Of a stretch of DNA of 64,000 nucleotides, positions 1 to 13,833 are shown piece by piece. Each line of letters begins with the position of its first letter. Position 1 is the first letter of the stretch. The notes below the pieces were generated by a model that worked only from the letters and a program-made list of their open reading frames with translations, ran no database searches and had not been told where the DNA came from. The position numbers were made by a program, and so were the translations under genes. The stretch is from positions 1-64,000 of IMG/VR virus record IMGVR_UViG_3300021400_001615; one strand, given 5' to 3'. This stretch comes from a virus. Taxonomy: Duplodnaviria > Caudoviricetes.

Positions 1-1679
1 TCCCACACTTCGTTTAATAATTTTTCCAACTCATCTTTGGTAAATTCAATTTTGCCATTACTGTTTGTTGTAAATACTTTAATCATATTCCTCATACCTC
101 CTCAAAATATTCCAAAAATTCCGGCTTATAATCTTCAAGTAACTGCTCAAAAATATAAGTCAGAGGTTGGCTCCAAACAACATTATCAGCTTCATATGGT
201 GCATCGTCCCATAATCTCCTGATAACAAACTCCGTAAATTTAATTGGATCTTTTACTTTACAAATGGGATTCTCGCCATCAAAATTTGTCGGAGCTTCAT
301 CGAATAGCTTTACCAGGTCATCAACATCTATTCTTGCCACCAGCTGTAACGAATGATGTTGTTGCGAACCACGACTGTCTTCTCGTTCTATTGTGAATTT
401 ACAAATGCCGTTCTCGTTATAGCTCATTTTTTCTCCTATCAACTAATTTTACATAGTACTCTCTATCAAAAACATCACCATTAGATATTTGTATTTTTAT
501 ACTATTACCATTGATAACAGCTTCCGCAATTTCGCGCCTTAACCATTCGGGACGTATAGAATCAACCACTATTTCATTTTCTATTTCAATCATATCCTAA
601 CCTTCACAATCAAATCTAATTTTCAATGTCCTTGACATCGACAAACTTATCAAAATATGACTTATAAAAATTGTCCATATGTTTACCACATATTTCGTCT
701 GCCATTAATTCTATCAATTCAAATGTTCCACGTTTATTAGTAAACGTCTCTAATGGAAATCTATGAATAATTCCATTAATAATAATACTATATAACTCTT
801 CTATAATATTCATATATCCAGATACATCTTACATTTCTTACATTGCTTCCATCTGCTTTTATTTTATATCATCAGTAGCATGGCAAAAAATATAGACCGC
901 CAATAGAAGCGTGTAATCCTCTTGTGTGAACTCTTTTTTGTTAACATCAAAATTTAATATAGCTTCAGCCATTCTTTTCTTCATTTGACACTGTCTCTCT
1001 ATTTCAAACATTTCTACCATATCTTTACCTGATTGGCTAACAAAACTCATAACTTGCCCTCAAACTTTCTTTAAACAAAAACGGCAATATATCATGTTGT
1101 ATGTATTCATCGATTGTTTTCATGTTTAGATTACTATAGGTTTCATCTCGTCCTAATTTTAAAACAAAAGAAGTATGGTACGGATCAGAAGCATTAACAT
1201 TTTCATAGAATTTTTCAAGTGCGTCCTCAGATGGGTTTATTATACAAAAGCCAGAACGTTTCTTATATAGATACCATTGTACATATATTAAATTGTTAAA
1301 CATGTTCCACCACCAATTAAAGACTTGTTTTATCTAATACAATATAATAATGATATATAGGCATCATGTACTTTGGTGATTTGCTTCCATCATTTAATTG
1401 AAAATCAAACCAGTGTTTTCCCCAACTCCAATATTCATTAACTGATTCAACATTAAAAATCCCTACTGGAGTATTACCATTTTTAGTTATCATAATTTTC
1501 TTCATTAAAACCTTGCTTTGTTTCGTCATAATAATTAACCATATTGTTTCTTATCGGCGTATCATATGCTTCGAAACAATTATGAACCTCTCTCGCATCT
1601 ACTTCGCAGTCCCATTTACGGCAGTGGTCGTAATACCATTCATAATACTTACAATCATCACAGTTCATTCTAATTACCC

Positions 1680-2231
1680 TTATTGATTTTCATATTTTGC
1701 CTTACTATTCCTCCTCCTGTCATCCAGTTCTTCGCATGTTATTTCAAAACTTCCAGACCATGGATGGCTATCCAGATTGTCCCAGTTGGCAACATCGGTA
1801 ACCTTCTTAACAATTTCGTATTCTTCTTTCGTTAGCATCATACTTCCAGAAGTGTAACTGTCTCCCGACATTAAAAGATTACATTTGTACTTATTACCAT
1901 CATAAGTTATTGCCGTGTCATCATTATTCTTTTTTATTTTTATAGCCTTTTCAGCTAACTCATGAATACTCGGAAGATGATCTCTAATGCGATGAAGCTG
2001 ATTGGCTATATTGTTACATCGATTATAGATGTAAAGTGTTACTTGCCACTCGACTTCTTCTAGTGAATCAAGTCCTTTCAAATTAAACTCTTCTGTGATA
2101 AATTCCGGATAGATTGTACATTGCCATAAATTTTCTTTTTTCTGGACATATGCTATCTTTTTATTATCAGCAGAATATAAATAAGCACGTTCACCATTGT
2201 TATATTCTTTCCAGTATGAATCGTTTAGCAT
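1680..2231 (-). CDS. hypothetical phage protein
   Basis: 183-aa ORF with GGAGG RBS. Confidence 0.7.
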   Translation of the reverse strand: MLNDSYWKEYNNGERAYLYSADNKKIAYVQKKENLWQCTIYPEFITEEFNLKGLDSLEEVEWQVTLYIYNRCNNIANQLHRIRDHLPSIHELAEKAIKIKKNNDDTAITYDGNKYKCNLLMSGDSYTSGSMMLTKEEYEIVKKVTDVANWDNLDSHPWSGSFEITCEELDDRRRNSKAKYENQ

Positions 2232-2243
2232 GTTTCCTCCTCA

Positions 2244-2281
2244 TTAGATACCCTCAAATTCGTAAAAATGAGGGTATCTAA
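2244..2281. repeat. 13-bp perfect inverted repeat TTAGATACCCTCA / TGAGGGTATCTAA
   Basis: Seen directly in an intergenic gap. Confidence 0.8.
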
Positions 2282-2332
2282 ATTCGTTATATTCCTTATA
2301 AAATAAGGCTTTTGGATTTTTTAGATACGGGA

Positions 2333-2818
2333 TTAATCTTCAACTTTTTCGGTGCAGAAGAAAATGCCTTCATCAGAAACATCGAACAGTTCCTTAGCAA
2401 GATCCTGGTAGATTGTGGTTTTTACTCCATTCAAATCATAAAGCTCATCATCGTAATACTGCACAACCTTCGGCTTAAACACCACAAAGTTCAGAGGTCC
2501 CCACAGCGTCTCGGCACTTACGAATTCAGAAATAATCGGATTGCCGCCAAACGCTCTGCGGAACAGATCCATTGTTGTTGTCTCTGTATCATTAGCCGGG
2601 ATCACACGAAGAATCAATGTAACGCCGCCAAAATTCTGCTCTGCCGGAAGAAGCTGTGTCAGCGCATCAGCCTTATCGTCTCCATTTACTCTCAGCGTGA
2701 TAATCTTCTCGTTGTCGTCATACTCAAACTTCACATCGGGATCTTCCTTAAACATTGCCTCAACCTGATTAGCATATACAATCCACGGTGCCGCCAGATT
2801 TACTTTTTTGTTTTCCAT
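2333..2818 (-). CDS. hypothetical phage protein
   Basis: 161-aa ORF with AGGAG RBS. Confidence 0.75.
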   Translation of the reverse strand: MENKKVNLAAPWIVYANQVEAMFKEDPDVKFEYDDNEKIITLRVNGDDKADALTQLLPAEQNFGGVTLILRVIPANDTETTTMDLFRRAFGGNPIISEFVSAETLWGPLNFVVFKPKVVQYYDDELYDLNGVKTTIYQDLAKELFDVSDEGIFFCTEKVED

Positions 2819-3043
2819 AATTCATTTCTCCTTTGTTTTAATTAATTATTTGCTAGTTATAATTCAAACTATTACTTATTCTCTTTTATCCACTTGCAAC
2901 CTCGATACACATTGTCAAACGTTAAATTACATGGATAACCATCAAGTTTACATTCGTAACATATGTTGTCACCATTATTTTGCATTTCACTAAATGGGCA
3001 TCTATTCTTTGTTAATGGTAGACAATCAACAATGAATTTCATT

Positions 3044-3580
3044 TTATAATTCCTCCTCATTTTTAAGATAATTAATAAATTCATTCATTACATCTTTGTT
3101 ATCTCGATTATCCTGAATAATTTTGACGAAACTCGTAATTGCGAACAATTGATCCACGGTAAAACTTACCTCATTCTCACTATCAAAGAATTCCACATCG
3201 TCATTCTCTCCGTATGGACTCTCATATAGCAGATATGAGAACGAATGTTTTACCGGAAAACCCTGGTATTCAAATACAAATTTTGTATATTCATTATCCT
3301 CGTATGGTAAAGATATACTTTTGCAAAGATAACCGTATTCATTTTTAATTACTTCATATGCACTCTTAAGTTCTTCAAATCCTGTCATAACCTTTTTCAT
3401 CTCCTCTCTTAAATACACTCCATAAATATCATAAAGTGAAGCGAACCTATTAGTTAAATGTGGGTTTATTAAATACACCCTTCCGTCATCTTTCCAAATC
3501 TGCTCTAGCAATTGTTTTTGATACGGAAATAATTTGATATTTAAGTATTTTTCTATTATTTCTATAGCGTTCATTATCAA
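3044..3580 (-). CDS. hypothetical protein
   Basis: 178-aa ORF in the operon. Confidence 0.65.
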   Translation of the reverse strand: MIMNAIEIIEKYLNIKLFPYQKQLLEQIWKDDGRVYLINPHLTNRFASLYDIYGVYLREEMKKVMTGFEELKSAYEVIKNEYGYLCKSISLPYEDNEYTKFVFEYQGFPVKHSFSYLLYESPYGENDDVEFFDSENEVSFTVDQLFAITSFVKIIQDNRDNKDVMNEFINYLKNEEEL

Positions 3581-5167
3581 TAAAATTTAATTCCCATCCT
3601 TCTGATTATTTATCAACTCAAACATTGCCGAAAATCCATCACACATTCTATCAACCAAAACTTTGTTTTCTTCCGACAAATTATTTATAATATTAATAAC
3701 TTTATTCTTAGGACACCAATTCGGACGAGAATTTATATCTACTTCAAAAGAACTGATATCAAGCATTTCTTTTTCTTTGGATACTGGCATTCTACAAATA
3801 AACATGTTACCAAATTGATACTTACTTAAACACGATCCACAATTTTCTGGAACTTCAAATTTCATTTATTCTTTCCTTTTTTACATAAATAATCTCTAAC
3901 TGCAATCCACGATCCGTCTTGTCGTACCTCAACCTTATATATCCCAGGAGATCTTACATCAAATTTCACTGTTGCAATTGGTTTTGGAAGCGGAGCAATT
4001 CCAACAGGTTCGCCAACTTTAACGTACTTAACTTCGCTGCCAACAAATTCAGCCATTACTAATCTCTCCTATTACATGCATTCCAATCAAACACTTCTTT
4101 CATTATAGACCATCCAATTCCTCTTGCCATTCTTTCCTTTTATTGCTAACTATATCCCGGATGGCATCCCTTAACCAGTTAGGACAACTTACATTATCAT
4201 GACTCTCTATACAATCTCGTGTGGTATCAACTCTAAAAGAAAACCTACGATTATTACCACAATAATTAAGAATTTTATTAGCCCATTTGATATCGCTAAC
4301 TATATCATTTGCTCTATTTAATACTTCTTCTGTCATTCTATGCACTCCCAATCTTTATCTATAAAATCCCTCGGATGTTCATACATTGTTTTCTCATAGA
4401 ACTTTCCATTATCTGAGTTGTAACATACCAGATTGCCATATTCCAAAGCTGCCAGGATATCTTCAACATCCATCCTGCAAATATTACCATATGAATATCC
4501 ATTAACTTTCGGCGGTATCCGATTGCAACTAATACATATACCATTGCCGGTAGCATTACATATTTTCATTCCAATTCCTCATAACCATCTATCCATTCTG
4601 GACAGTTCTCTACTGAAAATAATACAGTATCACATTCCAAACCAGCAGAGCATTCACATTCTTCGCCTGTTACATAATCTGGATAAGTCCTAACGTGAAT
4701 ACAATGTTTACACGTTGAACAGCCTTTTTTCTCCGCCAGTTCATAATGTAATTTTTTATACTTCTGCCGATCCTCTTCCTGTTCTTCTTTTGTTGGATTA
4801 AATATTCTTCGAAGTTTATTCATGGCATCTCCTCCGGTTTACAAACATCCAACTCCAATTCCTCAACCCTATTAAGATACTCTTCTGGACAATCCGTACT
4901 GATCCCGACACATACTGTGCTATACACTTGTTCAACAAAATATGTACATCTATCACAGAAATAATGCTGCTCGACTGTCCCCCATCCCCATTCGGAGAAA
5001 CTTACGTATTCGTTGTATTTGCCGCAGACCGGACATTTTCTTGTTTCTTTAACCACGTTTACTTACTCCTATAATATATCCAGCAATCATGCCACATAAG
5101 TAGACTATATAAAACTTTATAAACAACTTCGTATTTCTCCTTGTTAGTTGCACCCAGTTATACTCAA

Positions 5168-5620
5168 TTATACATTATTAAAAATCATCTCTTTGATAGC
5201 TTTTTCGTCAAATCCTTCTGATTTTAAATATTCAATCTGCGCCTTTAAATCATACGCATATTTTGTTAATTTATCTTTCCAATACTGCTCATCATAATTA
5301 TCTGCATTAACGGTTCTAACAACAATCAACTTTTCCCAAATGTCATTATAATTATCATAACAATTATAATTATAATCTGATTCGCAATTTTTCCATGATC
5401 TTGCATTTAGTTCTTCTTTTTTATTTGGATACCATTTAAGATCAACTCGAATCTTATATTGTTTATCTATGACATCATCATCTGAAGTATCATATTCTTC
5501 AACAGTAACATTATCGTCATTTAACCATTCTGCATATTCATTGGCTTTATTTTTATCTAGAAAAACACGATTTATGCGATAAGCAGAATAGATCCCAGAA
5601 GTTACTATATATATTTTCAA
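5168..5620 (-). CDS. hypothetical phage protein
   Basis: 150-aa ORF; N-terminus KIYIVTSGIYSAY resembles a common phage family. Confidence 0.65.
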   Translation of the reverse strand: MKIYIVTSGIYSAYRINRVFLDKNKANEYAEWLNDDNVTVEEYDTSDDDVIDKQYKIRVDLKWYPNKKEELNARSWKNCESDYNYNCYDNYNDIWEKLIVVRTVNADNYDEQYWKDKLTKYAYDLKAQIEYLKSEGFDEKAIKEMIFNNV

Positions 5621-5683
5621 TATTGTAATTCTCCTTTAAACATTTTTCGCCAAATGCGGATTATCCGCCACAACCTAACACCA

Positions 5684-5718
5684 CGGGCAGTATCAGATTC
5701 GAACTGATATCACCGCCC
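5684..5718 (-). ncRNA. tRNA minihelix-like element (acceptor stem plus T arm only)
   Basis: Minus strand reads GGGCGGT-GAT-ATCAG-TTCGAAT-CTGAT-ACTGCCC-G. Confidence 0.5.
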
Positions 5719-7868
5719 TATGGCATCCGGGATATGGCAGTTTCCATCGTTTATTTTCCCCTAAATTCTTTAATCCAGGCTGTCGCTTCAATAATATTCT
5801 CCGCAGATTTTCTTAAACGATCAATATCGTTAAATGCTATGTCGATACTTTTGCAACGAGAGAATAATCCTTTCATATCTATTAGATTTCCAACCTCAAA
5901 TCTTTTCTCGTGAGCATATAATCCTTCCATTGCTGCTACATCATCTTTCGACGCTTCAAGGATAAATCCATCTTTTGTTTCGCCAATTATTTTCATTTCT
6001 ATACCTTATCAAATATTTTTTATCAGCTATATTTTCCAACTCCGTAGTCTGGATCTTTCATCATCTGATATTTATCCCAAGTTTTCTTATCAACTTTAAT
6101 CCATCCGTCTTCGACCCCAGTAATTAAATACTGCCGATAGCGAGGATTAATGCATCCCGTCGTTCTGCAATAACCTTCCGATGTTTTGTTATTACATGTA
6201 TGCGTACATTTACCTATCATATTCACTCTCTCAATCTGGCAAATTGATATGAGCAATCAATTCTGGACTGACAGAGTTATTGTTATCAATCCTACGCCAT
6301 CCCTCTCCAGTTCTAAAATACACAACGCAGAGTGGCCACCCCATTCTATATGCAAGAAATAAATCATTTTGTTTAGATGTAAATGGGATGTATTTAGGAT
6401 GCATCCAAGTAAGATCGCCATCAAATGCTGTCGGAGCCTTTTTGATCATTTGAGCTATTAATTCCCGGCTATCGAGTTTATCTATCCATACATGCTCCAA
6501 TAATTCATCTGCATCAATCAGTCTCATTGTTTCTCCTTCAAATAATCTTTTTATTAGAATGAATGATCTACCACTTCAATCTCGTATAATTTATTATCAA
6601 CTGATTCAATAGACATTAACGGGTCATCAAACTTTAATCTGAATATATGAAATCTTACATCTTGTTCTTTGCCGTTTTCATCTGCAAACACAGCATTAAA
6701 CCAAAGCTGCCCTGTGCCATCGCCATTTGATTTCCATTCTATATTTTTTGCATTATGAATTGGTATATTCCCTAACATAAAATCCATGTTTATTAACCGT
6801 CCAATTATTCTGTTTCATTGTTTAATATTTCCAAAATCTTTTCTGCTTGGTCTGCGGTAAGATTCTTCTTTTTTTCAAAGGCATCCCGGCATTTTCTAAC
6901 TAAATTAACCTGACGAATTCGTTCCTCAATCTCCGGTGTTAATAACTGAATACACGATTTGCTCCATACATCACCACCCCTTTGCCATCCATCGTATCTG
7001 TATGTTTCCTTATAATTGCCATAATCAACTACATAATCGCCACGCTTTTTAGTAATGTTAACTACAATGCCAATTGATGTCGGGAGCGAATTTCCATAAT
7101 TTCTGATTACCCTGTCTCCGATTTTTAAATTCAGATCATTCATTTCTTATCTCCTGTATTCTATGAATTCATCCATGCCTTTAAATTTAACTCTTATTTT
7201 TGTGGGAACACCCTCTGGAATGGAATTCATAGATTTATAAACTCCAACTATTGTCGCAGTTTCTAATAACTTATGATTCTTTTCACATTGAATAGCTTTT
7301 TCTTTACTGGCATAATCGGTTTTGCAAATATCACAAGTATATAATTTTTTCTCGGTCATAGAATATCTTCCTATCAAAACTCATTTCATCTCCAATCAAT
7401 ATCATTGGAGTAATCAAAAACGTTACCAGCAAAATTACTTACGTCAGCAAATCCATATTGCAACAAATCATTTAAAAATGCAGTTGCCAAATCCGTAGAT
7501 TTACAATCTATGACATAATGTTCTTTATCATTTGCATGACCTAGATAAATGTGGTTATCAGTTCCACCAGGCTGAATGGCAATATTAAACCATATAATTT
7601 TATTTCCAATTTTTACTCTCATGATAATCCACCATAAAAACTCATTCTATCAAAACAAGTACGGTTCTTCTTCCATCATCTGCTGTTGCATATAATCATT
7701 CATCTCTTGCTCATATCGTTCTCTAGCGGCAGCTTCTTGGAACTCATCCCAGGCTTCTTGCTCGGTAAGTTCTCCTCGCTGAACTGCTCCGTCGAGTCTG
7801 TTTTCTAGGTCGTCTAATGTTGAATATCCAGTTCCGCAGTATATCATTTTCACATCTCCTTTCAAAAC

Positions 7869-8312
7869 TCATTTTATAATATCTGGATTCATTATTAATA
7901 TAGAATCGCAATCCCACCCATATAATCTAAAATATAAACTATTTAGATAATCATCTACAACTTCATCAGATAGATGTAATTCAATAGCATCATACTTTTT
8001 CATCGCTTTCTCAAAATCAATGCAATATATGCTCTTAAATAATCCCTTCCACTCCGGCAGCTTTCCGAGATCATTTACAGATTTAATATGGCAAACTCTT
8101 GCATCATCACTAAGACTAAATTCGAAATTAGCATTTAATTTATCTAGCCAAAATTCTTCGGAAGTACACCACTGTTTCCAGCCCCATTCGCTATCTACTG
8201 GAGAAGCCCACATACCACCAATCGGTTTTACTGCTCCCCATTCCTGATTCTTAATTGGCTGGAATTTATCTGGTTGAAATGATGGTGATCCATAATGAAT
8301 GTATTTTGTCAT
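7869..8312 (-). CDS. hypothetical phage protein
   Basis: 147-aa ORF with KPIGGMWAS and LYGWDCDS motifs. Confidence 0.7.
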   Translation of the reverse strand: MTKYIHYGSPSFQPDKFQPIKNQEWGAVKPIGGMWASPVDSEWGWKQWCTSEEFWLDKLNANFEFSLSDDARVCHIKSVNDLGKLPEWKGLFKSIYCIDFEKAMKKYDAIELHLSDEVVDDYLNSLYFRLYGWDCDSILIMNPDIIK

Positions 8313-10544
8313 TTCTGAGTCCTCACATTAAAAAATCATTATCAAAACTGTATCCATATACGCCAGCAGCGGCACATTGTACCAGCTTTTATTAAAAATC
8401 TATCTTCGCCATTATTCTCATATCCTGGCACGTTATAGACTAATACTGTTTCACAGTGCATCCAATCGTCAACTGATTTTGGCACTTTGATTTTTTGAGT
8501 ATTTCTATCAATGACATAAACAGAATTATTCCATATGTCTTCACTCGCTTCAAAATCTTGTATTTTTACCGAATCTCCCCACATATCGTCTCCATAAAAG
8601 AATCGTTTTATTGGATTTTATAAATTACAATATCAAAATGTTTGTAGTTAAATTTCCTGAAAACCTCATACAAAAAACCTTTATTTTCAAGGGTTTCAAG
8701 CATCTGTTTTAGAAAATCGTCGTCTTCAGTGCTAAATTCTCCGATTTTTTGAATTTCTGCCATTTTTTACCCCCAATGAAAGTACTGTTTTATTGCCTAT
8801 CAAACCAACCCTTTAAGTCAACCTTAATTCCAGATGTAAGCGTTTGGATCATTTGTAGCACATCATTATTATCAAAAACTGCGAAGAAATCATCATTGCG
8901 ATATTCATCTATACTCCAGTCAAAATCAAATACTTCGCCGTCCCTAGGAATTACTTCTCTCGCACCAAAATATCCATCGGTAACCAATAAGGCCGATTTT
9001 ATAACATCGGGTTCATATTCCGCAAAAACAATGCCACCATTTGGAAATTCTTCCATTAAATCTTCTAATTCCCATTTTTGTAATATTCTCATTAAATAAC
9101 CCTCATTCTCTTCTTAGTCCTATCGGCAAAATACTTTGTACTATATTATCTATACATAATTTTCGCCCAGTAAATTCCCAAGTTTTTTCTACTGTATCAT
9201 AATCACAAGAGTGCTGAAGTGTCTTGCCGCTGCCCATTAAAATACAATACCAATTCAATTCTGTGTCTATATATGTAACTACTCCATATGTATTTGACCC
9301 CTTTAAATGAATTATGTCTCCAACCTGAAAGGCTGTTGTAGAACATTTGCTTTCCAAATAATCTTTTATGGTTTCGTTATCTATATATCCGCTAGGATCA
9401 TACCAATCGGCAAAATCTTTTAGCCATTTATATAATCCAACATCGGAAGTATTAATTACTCTTTTAAGTCTTTCTATGTTTGTCATTTCATCAAATGATC
9501 CTTTCATCCTGCATCAAAGTATACTTTCGTCATATTTATAATTAGAACATCTCATCGAATAAATAAACGATCCGGGATTATAAATGTTATCTTCTTGTGT
9601 TTCCATTTTTTCCAATGATTCTTCGACATAATCTCTGTCATTACAATGAAATCTTGACTCGCATTTACTACAATTAAATTCTTGTTTCATTTATTAAATA
9701 GTCCTTTCATTAGTCTTGACGCATCAGGATTTCCTGGATCTGCCTCTGCTGCTTCTTGGATAATAAGATAAATTCAAGTACAAAATCATCACAGATTTTG
9801 TCATTTGGTACACGATCCCAACCATCTTCACAGTCCAAGGAACCTTTATATCTACAATAATCACACCTGTTCATCAAATAATCACCTTTCATTTTCGTAT
9901 GCTCTTTAGCTTCTTTTCGTTTCTTAAATACTTCGAGTCCAAGTGAATATATCTCATCTTTATTCGCATAATCATTGCAGTCGTTTGAACATGGACAATT
10001 GCCCAATCCTTTCAATGTGCAGCAATCAATGCTTGCTCCCATATCATGTTCACAATGGTAATATATACAATCTTTTCTTGTCATTAGATACTACCTTTCA
10101 TTCTTTAGCAACCGCAAAACTACAATAATCATCTGGGTAAACACTGCCATGATACTTACACACACCATCTTTGTGATATATGCATCTATCACAAGTTACT
10201 ACATCATCTCTATATTCTTCCATTTCTTCAATGGCTTTCAAAATTCGAATTTCTTTGGATGGCCCACCATCACGCTTAATCGGTTCGGTGATAATATTTT
10301 GGATAACGTCTAATACATCTTCTTTGATTAACATCATGAACTCCTTTTCATAGTACTTTTAACCACCGACATGACGTACATGTAATTGGATGATCTTCAT
10401 CTAAATTGCAGTTTTTACCATCTTTTTTACAGATATATCTACCTGTCTTTTCAATAAATGGCGGATATGGTTCCCACTCTGAATGATCGCAATCTTTTCG
10501 TGTTTTTGGCAACCTATCAACAATATATTTCATTCATTATCCTT

Positions 10545-11532
10545 TCATTCTGCTTCAACAATCGTAGGTCTTGCATCTAACAACGGCAATATAGATCCAT
10601 TAATAGAACAACCAGCCCACAAATTTCTCATATCATCCGCATCAATCAATCTACCATGATGTTCAGGGAGTTCGATCAGTGGACAACCATCCGGGCGATT
10701 ATCATTCAAAATATTGAAGTGTCTTAATGCGCACATCAAACCGCATTTCATACAATTCTCTGGAATCTGCATTCCTTTAATTAAAACACTCATAAGTCAA
10801 CCCTCTTCCCATCTAAATCATAATACTCTGCATATGGCCTGATTACTTTAATAAAATATTCTTTATCGTCTGGTAGGTTCTTCTTGAATGATTTACTTGC
10901 TTCTTCAATACTATTTCTCATAATCGAATATAATTCTTTATATTTTCCATTCTTTTTATAAATTAGTCCAAATCTCATAAAATCCCCTCATTCTACTTCG
11001 CAAATTATTTTAGTAGCATCTATATCTTGTTGTGTAATATAAGGTGCATGACATGGATTTAATAAGGTTTCTTTCATTAATTTATCAATATCAATCAATC
11101 TTCCATGAACTTCCACCAAAGGACAATGATCTGGTCTGATTGGTAACTTTATATATGTTGTATAAGTTTGATTGATGCGACAGTACTTGCCGGATAAGGC
11201 GACTGGACATTCACTGCAATTTTTTGGAATCTCTAAACCTCTAATTAAAACGCTCATTAATTTACCCTCTCAGCTTCAAAAATTGTTGACGCATCTTGAA
11301 TTGCATCCGCTACTATAGCCTGATCAGCCCAGCTACTAAGAGACGGGACAATTATTTCATCTTCATCAATTATTCTGCCGTGATGCTCTGGGAGTTTAAC
11401 GAGAGGACAATCACTGTTTCTCTCATATATCTGTGCAGCATATGCATTTGTGATATTACAAAATCCTTCTTCTTTTAACGGACAAGAAAAACAATCTTCG
11501 GGCATTTTCATGCCTTTAATTACCACACTCAT
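10545..11532 (-). repeat. Three paralogous small Cys-rich ORFs (10545-10793, 10988-11257, 11257-11532)
   Basis: Shared MSV(L/V)I(K/R)G..P..C..C...R...CPL..(HH)GRLID pattern. Confidence 0.8.
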
Positions 11533-11612
11533 AAAACAATCCTTTCATGATCCTTTAATATTTTACTGCTAATAATCCATCATGTCAATACCATTTAATT
11601 CTTTATTTCTAA

Positions 11613-12101
11613 TCAGTTCGTCCATTCGTCATAATTAGCATTAGGATAAACCTTATGAAAGCACTCTTCACAATAAGGACTTTCCCATCCCCTGGTGGTC
11701 ATTTTTCCGGGTTTACCACAGCGAATACATGTTTCCTCGGAAAGATCTGTGTACTTGTCTAACCATTTATTATACTTATCAGAGATACTTCTGGGAATGC
11801 CATTATCATACCATCTTAACTGACCAAATTTTTCTTTAATCTGGATAACACGGTAATCATTAAGAAAGTCACCGAGGATCTCTCTCAACTCTTCACACAT
11901 CTGAAGACCAAAGGCTTTGCGCCATCCAAGTGGAAGATCGTCAAGATTTGTAAACTCATAATCATAATCCTCCAGTGGTTCTTGAGACCATTCATATCTG
12001 GGAATAAGAAACGGATATCTTTCACAGAGTTGTTTATTTCTTGCTTTTACATCTGGATCATCAGACCCAAGCCATGCTGCTCTAAATTCATCGTATGTCA
12101 T
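11613..12101 (-). CDS. hypothetical phage protein with C-terminal Zn ribbon
   Basis: QIKEKFGQLRWY and CIRCG...YCEEC motifs. Confidence 0.7.
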   Translation of the reverse strand: MTYDEFRAAWLGSDDPDVKARNKQLCERYPFLIPRYEWSQEPLEDYDYEFTNLDDLPLGWRKAFGLQMCEELREILGDFLNDYRVIQIKEKFGQLRWYDNGIPRSISDKYNKWLDKYTDLSEETCIRCGKPGKMTTRGWESPYCEECFHKVYPNANYDEWTN

Positions 12102-13209
12102 CGTTTATTTATCTCCTGTTTATCTCATATTTATTCCGGTACTCCAAGAACCGCCTCACCAATATACTCAAACTCATGGTCACTCTCCATAGAATAGATA
12201 TATGCTATTCCACCTTGAGGTACCGGCACTGCAATAAGGTACTTATAGTCATTTTCATATCCTATCATATCAGATATTGACTCTCTCGCCTCAGCTATAA
12301 TACCGAAGCACGATTCCCATTTATGGTTTTCTATGAACTGAACAACGTCATTTTCCTTAAATTTTGCCATAATCTACCTCAATTGGGTTCATCAACCCAA
12401 ACCTTCAATACTATACCATCAAAAGGCGATTCACCTTTAAATTCATCAGGTAAAAAAGATGTGACCACATAATCGTCGTATTGGCTTGGACAGAATGCAG
12501 CAGGAAATACACAACACCATTCGCTATTAACTAACAGAGCAATCAATTGATCCTCAGCACCAACTTTTTTCAATAATTCTTGTAATGTCATTCCTCTATC
12601 ACCTCATAATACCCACGCACATTATCACAAACCCACTGGTTGGCAGCATCCATAAGTTCTTCCTCGGAAGTATTGTCCGGGAATTCGTATTCATCACTTT
12701 CATCTGCACTAGCAATGTAAAAAACCACTTTCATTGGGTAACCTCCAGTGTATATAAGCTGTTGTTTTCTGGATCAACATACGAGTGAAATGTTACTTCC
12801 AAGTCACAATTTCTGTTTCTAACAAGGCTACAAATGGATGTACCCATGATATCAACTGTGTCCATAACATCTTCCGTAACATTAATTGTTTGTAACTCTG
12901 GCTTTGCTAGAGTAGTAATAATCCCATATGGAGTGCGGAACTTAACGTAATATGGTTTATCATCAGTCATATCGAATGATGTAAAATCAAAATACCAAGT
13001 CCCGCAATACTCACATTTACATTTATACGGTTCGATCACAGCTCCACAATTTGGACAATTAGTCTTCATAATCCTCGCTATCCTCATCCCAAGAATTAAT
13101 CTCAATAATCTCTACGTCTTCTGCTCCTGTCATATCCTTGAGCAGCTTCTTGATCTTTTTTTCACTACTGTTATGGATGGCGGTAGCTGTTACACCATCC
13201 CAGGTTAAA

Positions 13210-13833
13210 TCACTTCTCACTGTTGTTATCATTTATTTTCTCCGCTTTCTCCGCCTTTAATTTCTTCATCCAACGGTTAACCCCAAATATCCATTTATAG
13301 GATATATCCTCGTTCCAGCCATTACTAACCATCAAATCATATAACTTTTTTCTCATGTGATCATGAGTCTCGTCATGAATGTCCTCGATGGTAGCCTTGT
13401 TACCTTTTTCCGCAACCCGATTAACAATCTCGATTTGTTCTGGTGAGTTGACACCGAAAAATGCAATTTTTTCAAGCACCTTGTCTTTGTCAAACTCAAC
13501 CTTCTTGCGCTTGCATTTGCGATAGTATCTTTTGATCCACCTCATCTCCGATTCAAGATGATCGGTTTCCTCAGCATCTATGAAGGATCTGCGTGATAGA
13601 ATAATTTTCCCCCTCTTTGTTTCATTATCATGCCAAATCATTGCTGTTAAATACGGATAGTATGGTATGAAATCCTCCGGCTTTTCAAATTTCAAAGGAA
13701 GAACATGTGTACCATCAGCAGATTGCGGATAAATATCATAGTTGTCTAATATCTCTTGTGGGGTATTGTGCATACAAACATAATCCTCGAAATCGCTCTT
13801 GCCGCTGATTCCCATATTAGCCACTCCTTTCAA
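13210..13833 (-). CDS. hypothetical protein
   Basis: 207-aa ORF. Confidence 0.7.
   Translation of the reverse strand: MKGVANMGISGKSDFEDYVCMHNTPQEILDNYDIYPQSADGTHVLPLKFEKPEDFIPYYPYLTAMIWHDNETKRGKIILSRRSFIDAEETDHLESEMRWIKRYYRKCKRKKVEFDKDKVLEKIAFFGVNSPEQIEIVNRVAEKGNKATIEDIHDETHDHMRKKLYDLMVSNGWNEDISYKWIFGVNRWMKKLKAEKAEKINDNNSEK

Larger units (their letters stand above)
92..13105 (-). other. Dense run of small hypothetical phage accessory ORFs (about 40 ORFs, 60-180 aa, many Cys-rich)
   Basis: Tightly packed or overlapping minus-strand ORFs with GGAG-type RBSs; no family recognised for most. Confidence 0.8.
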
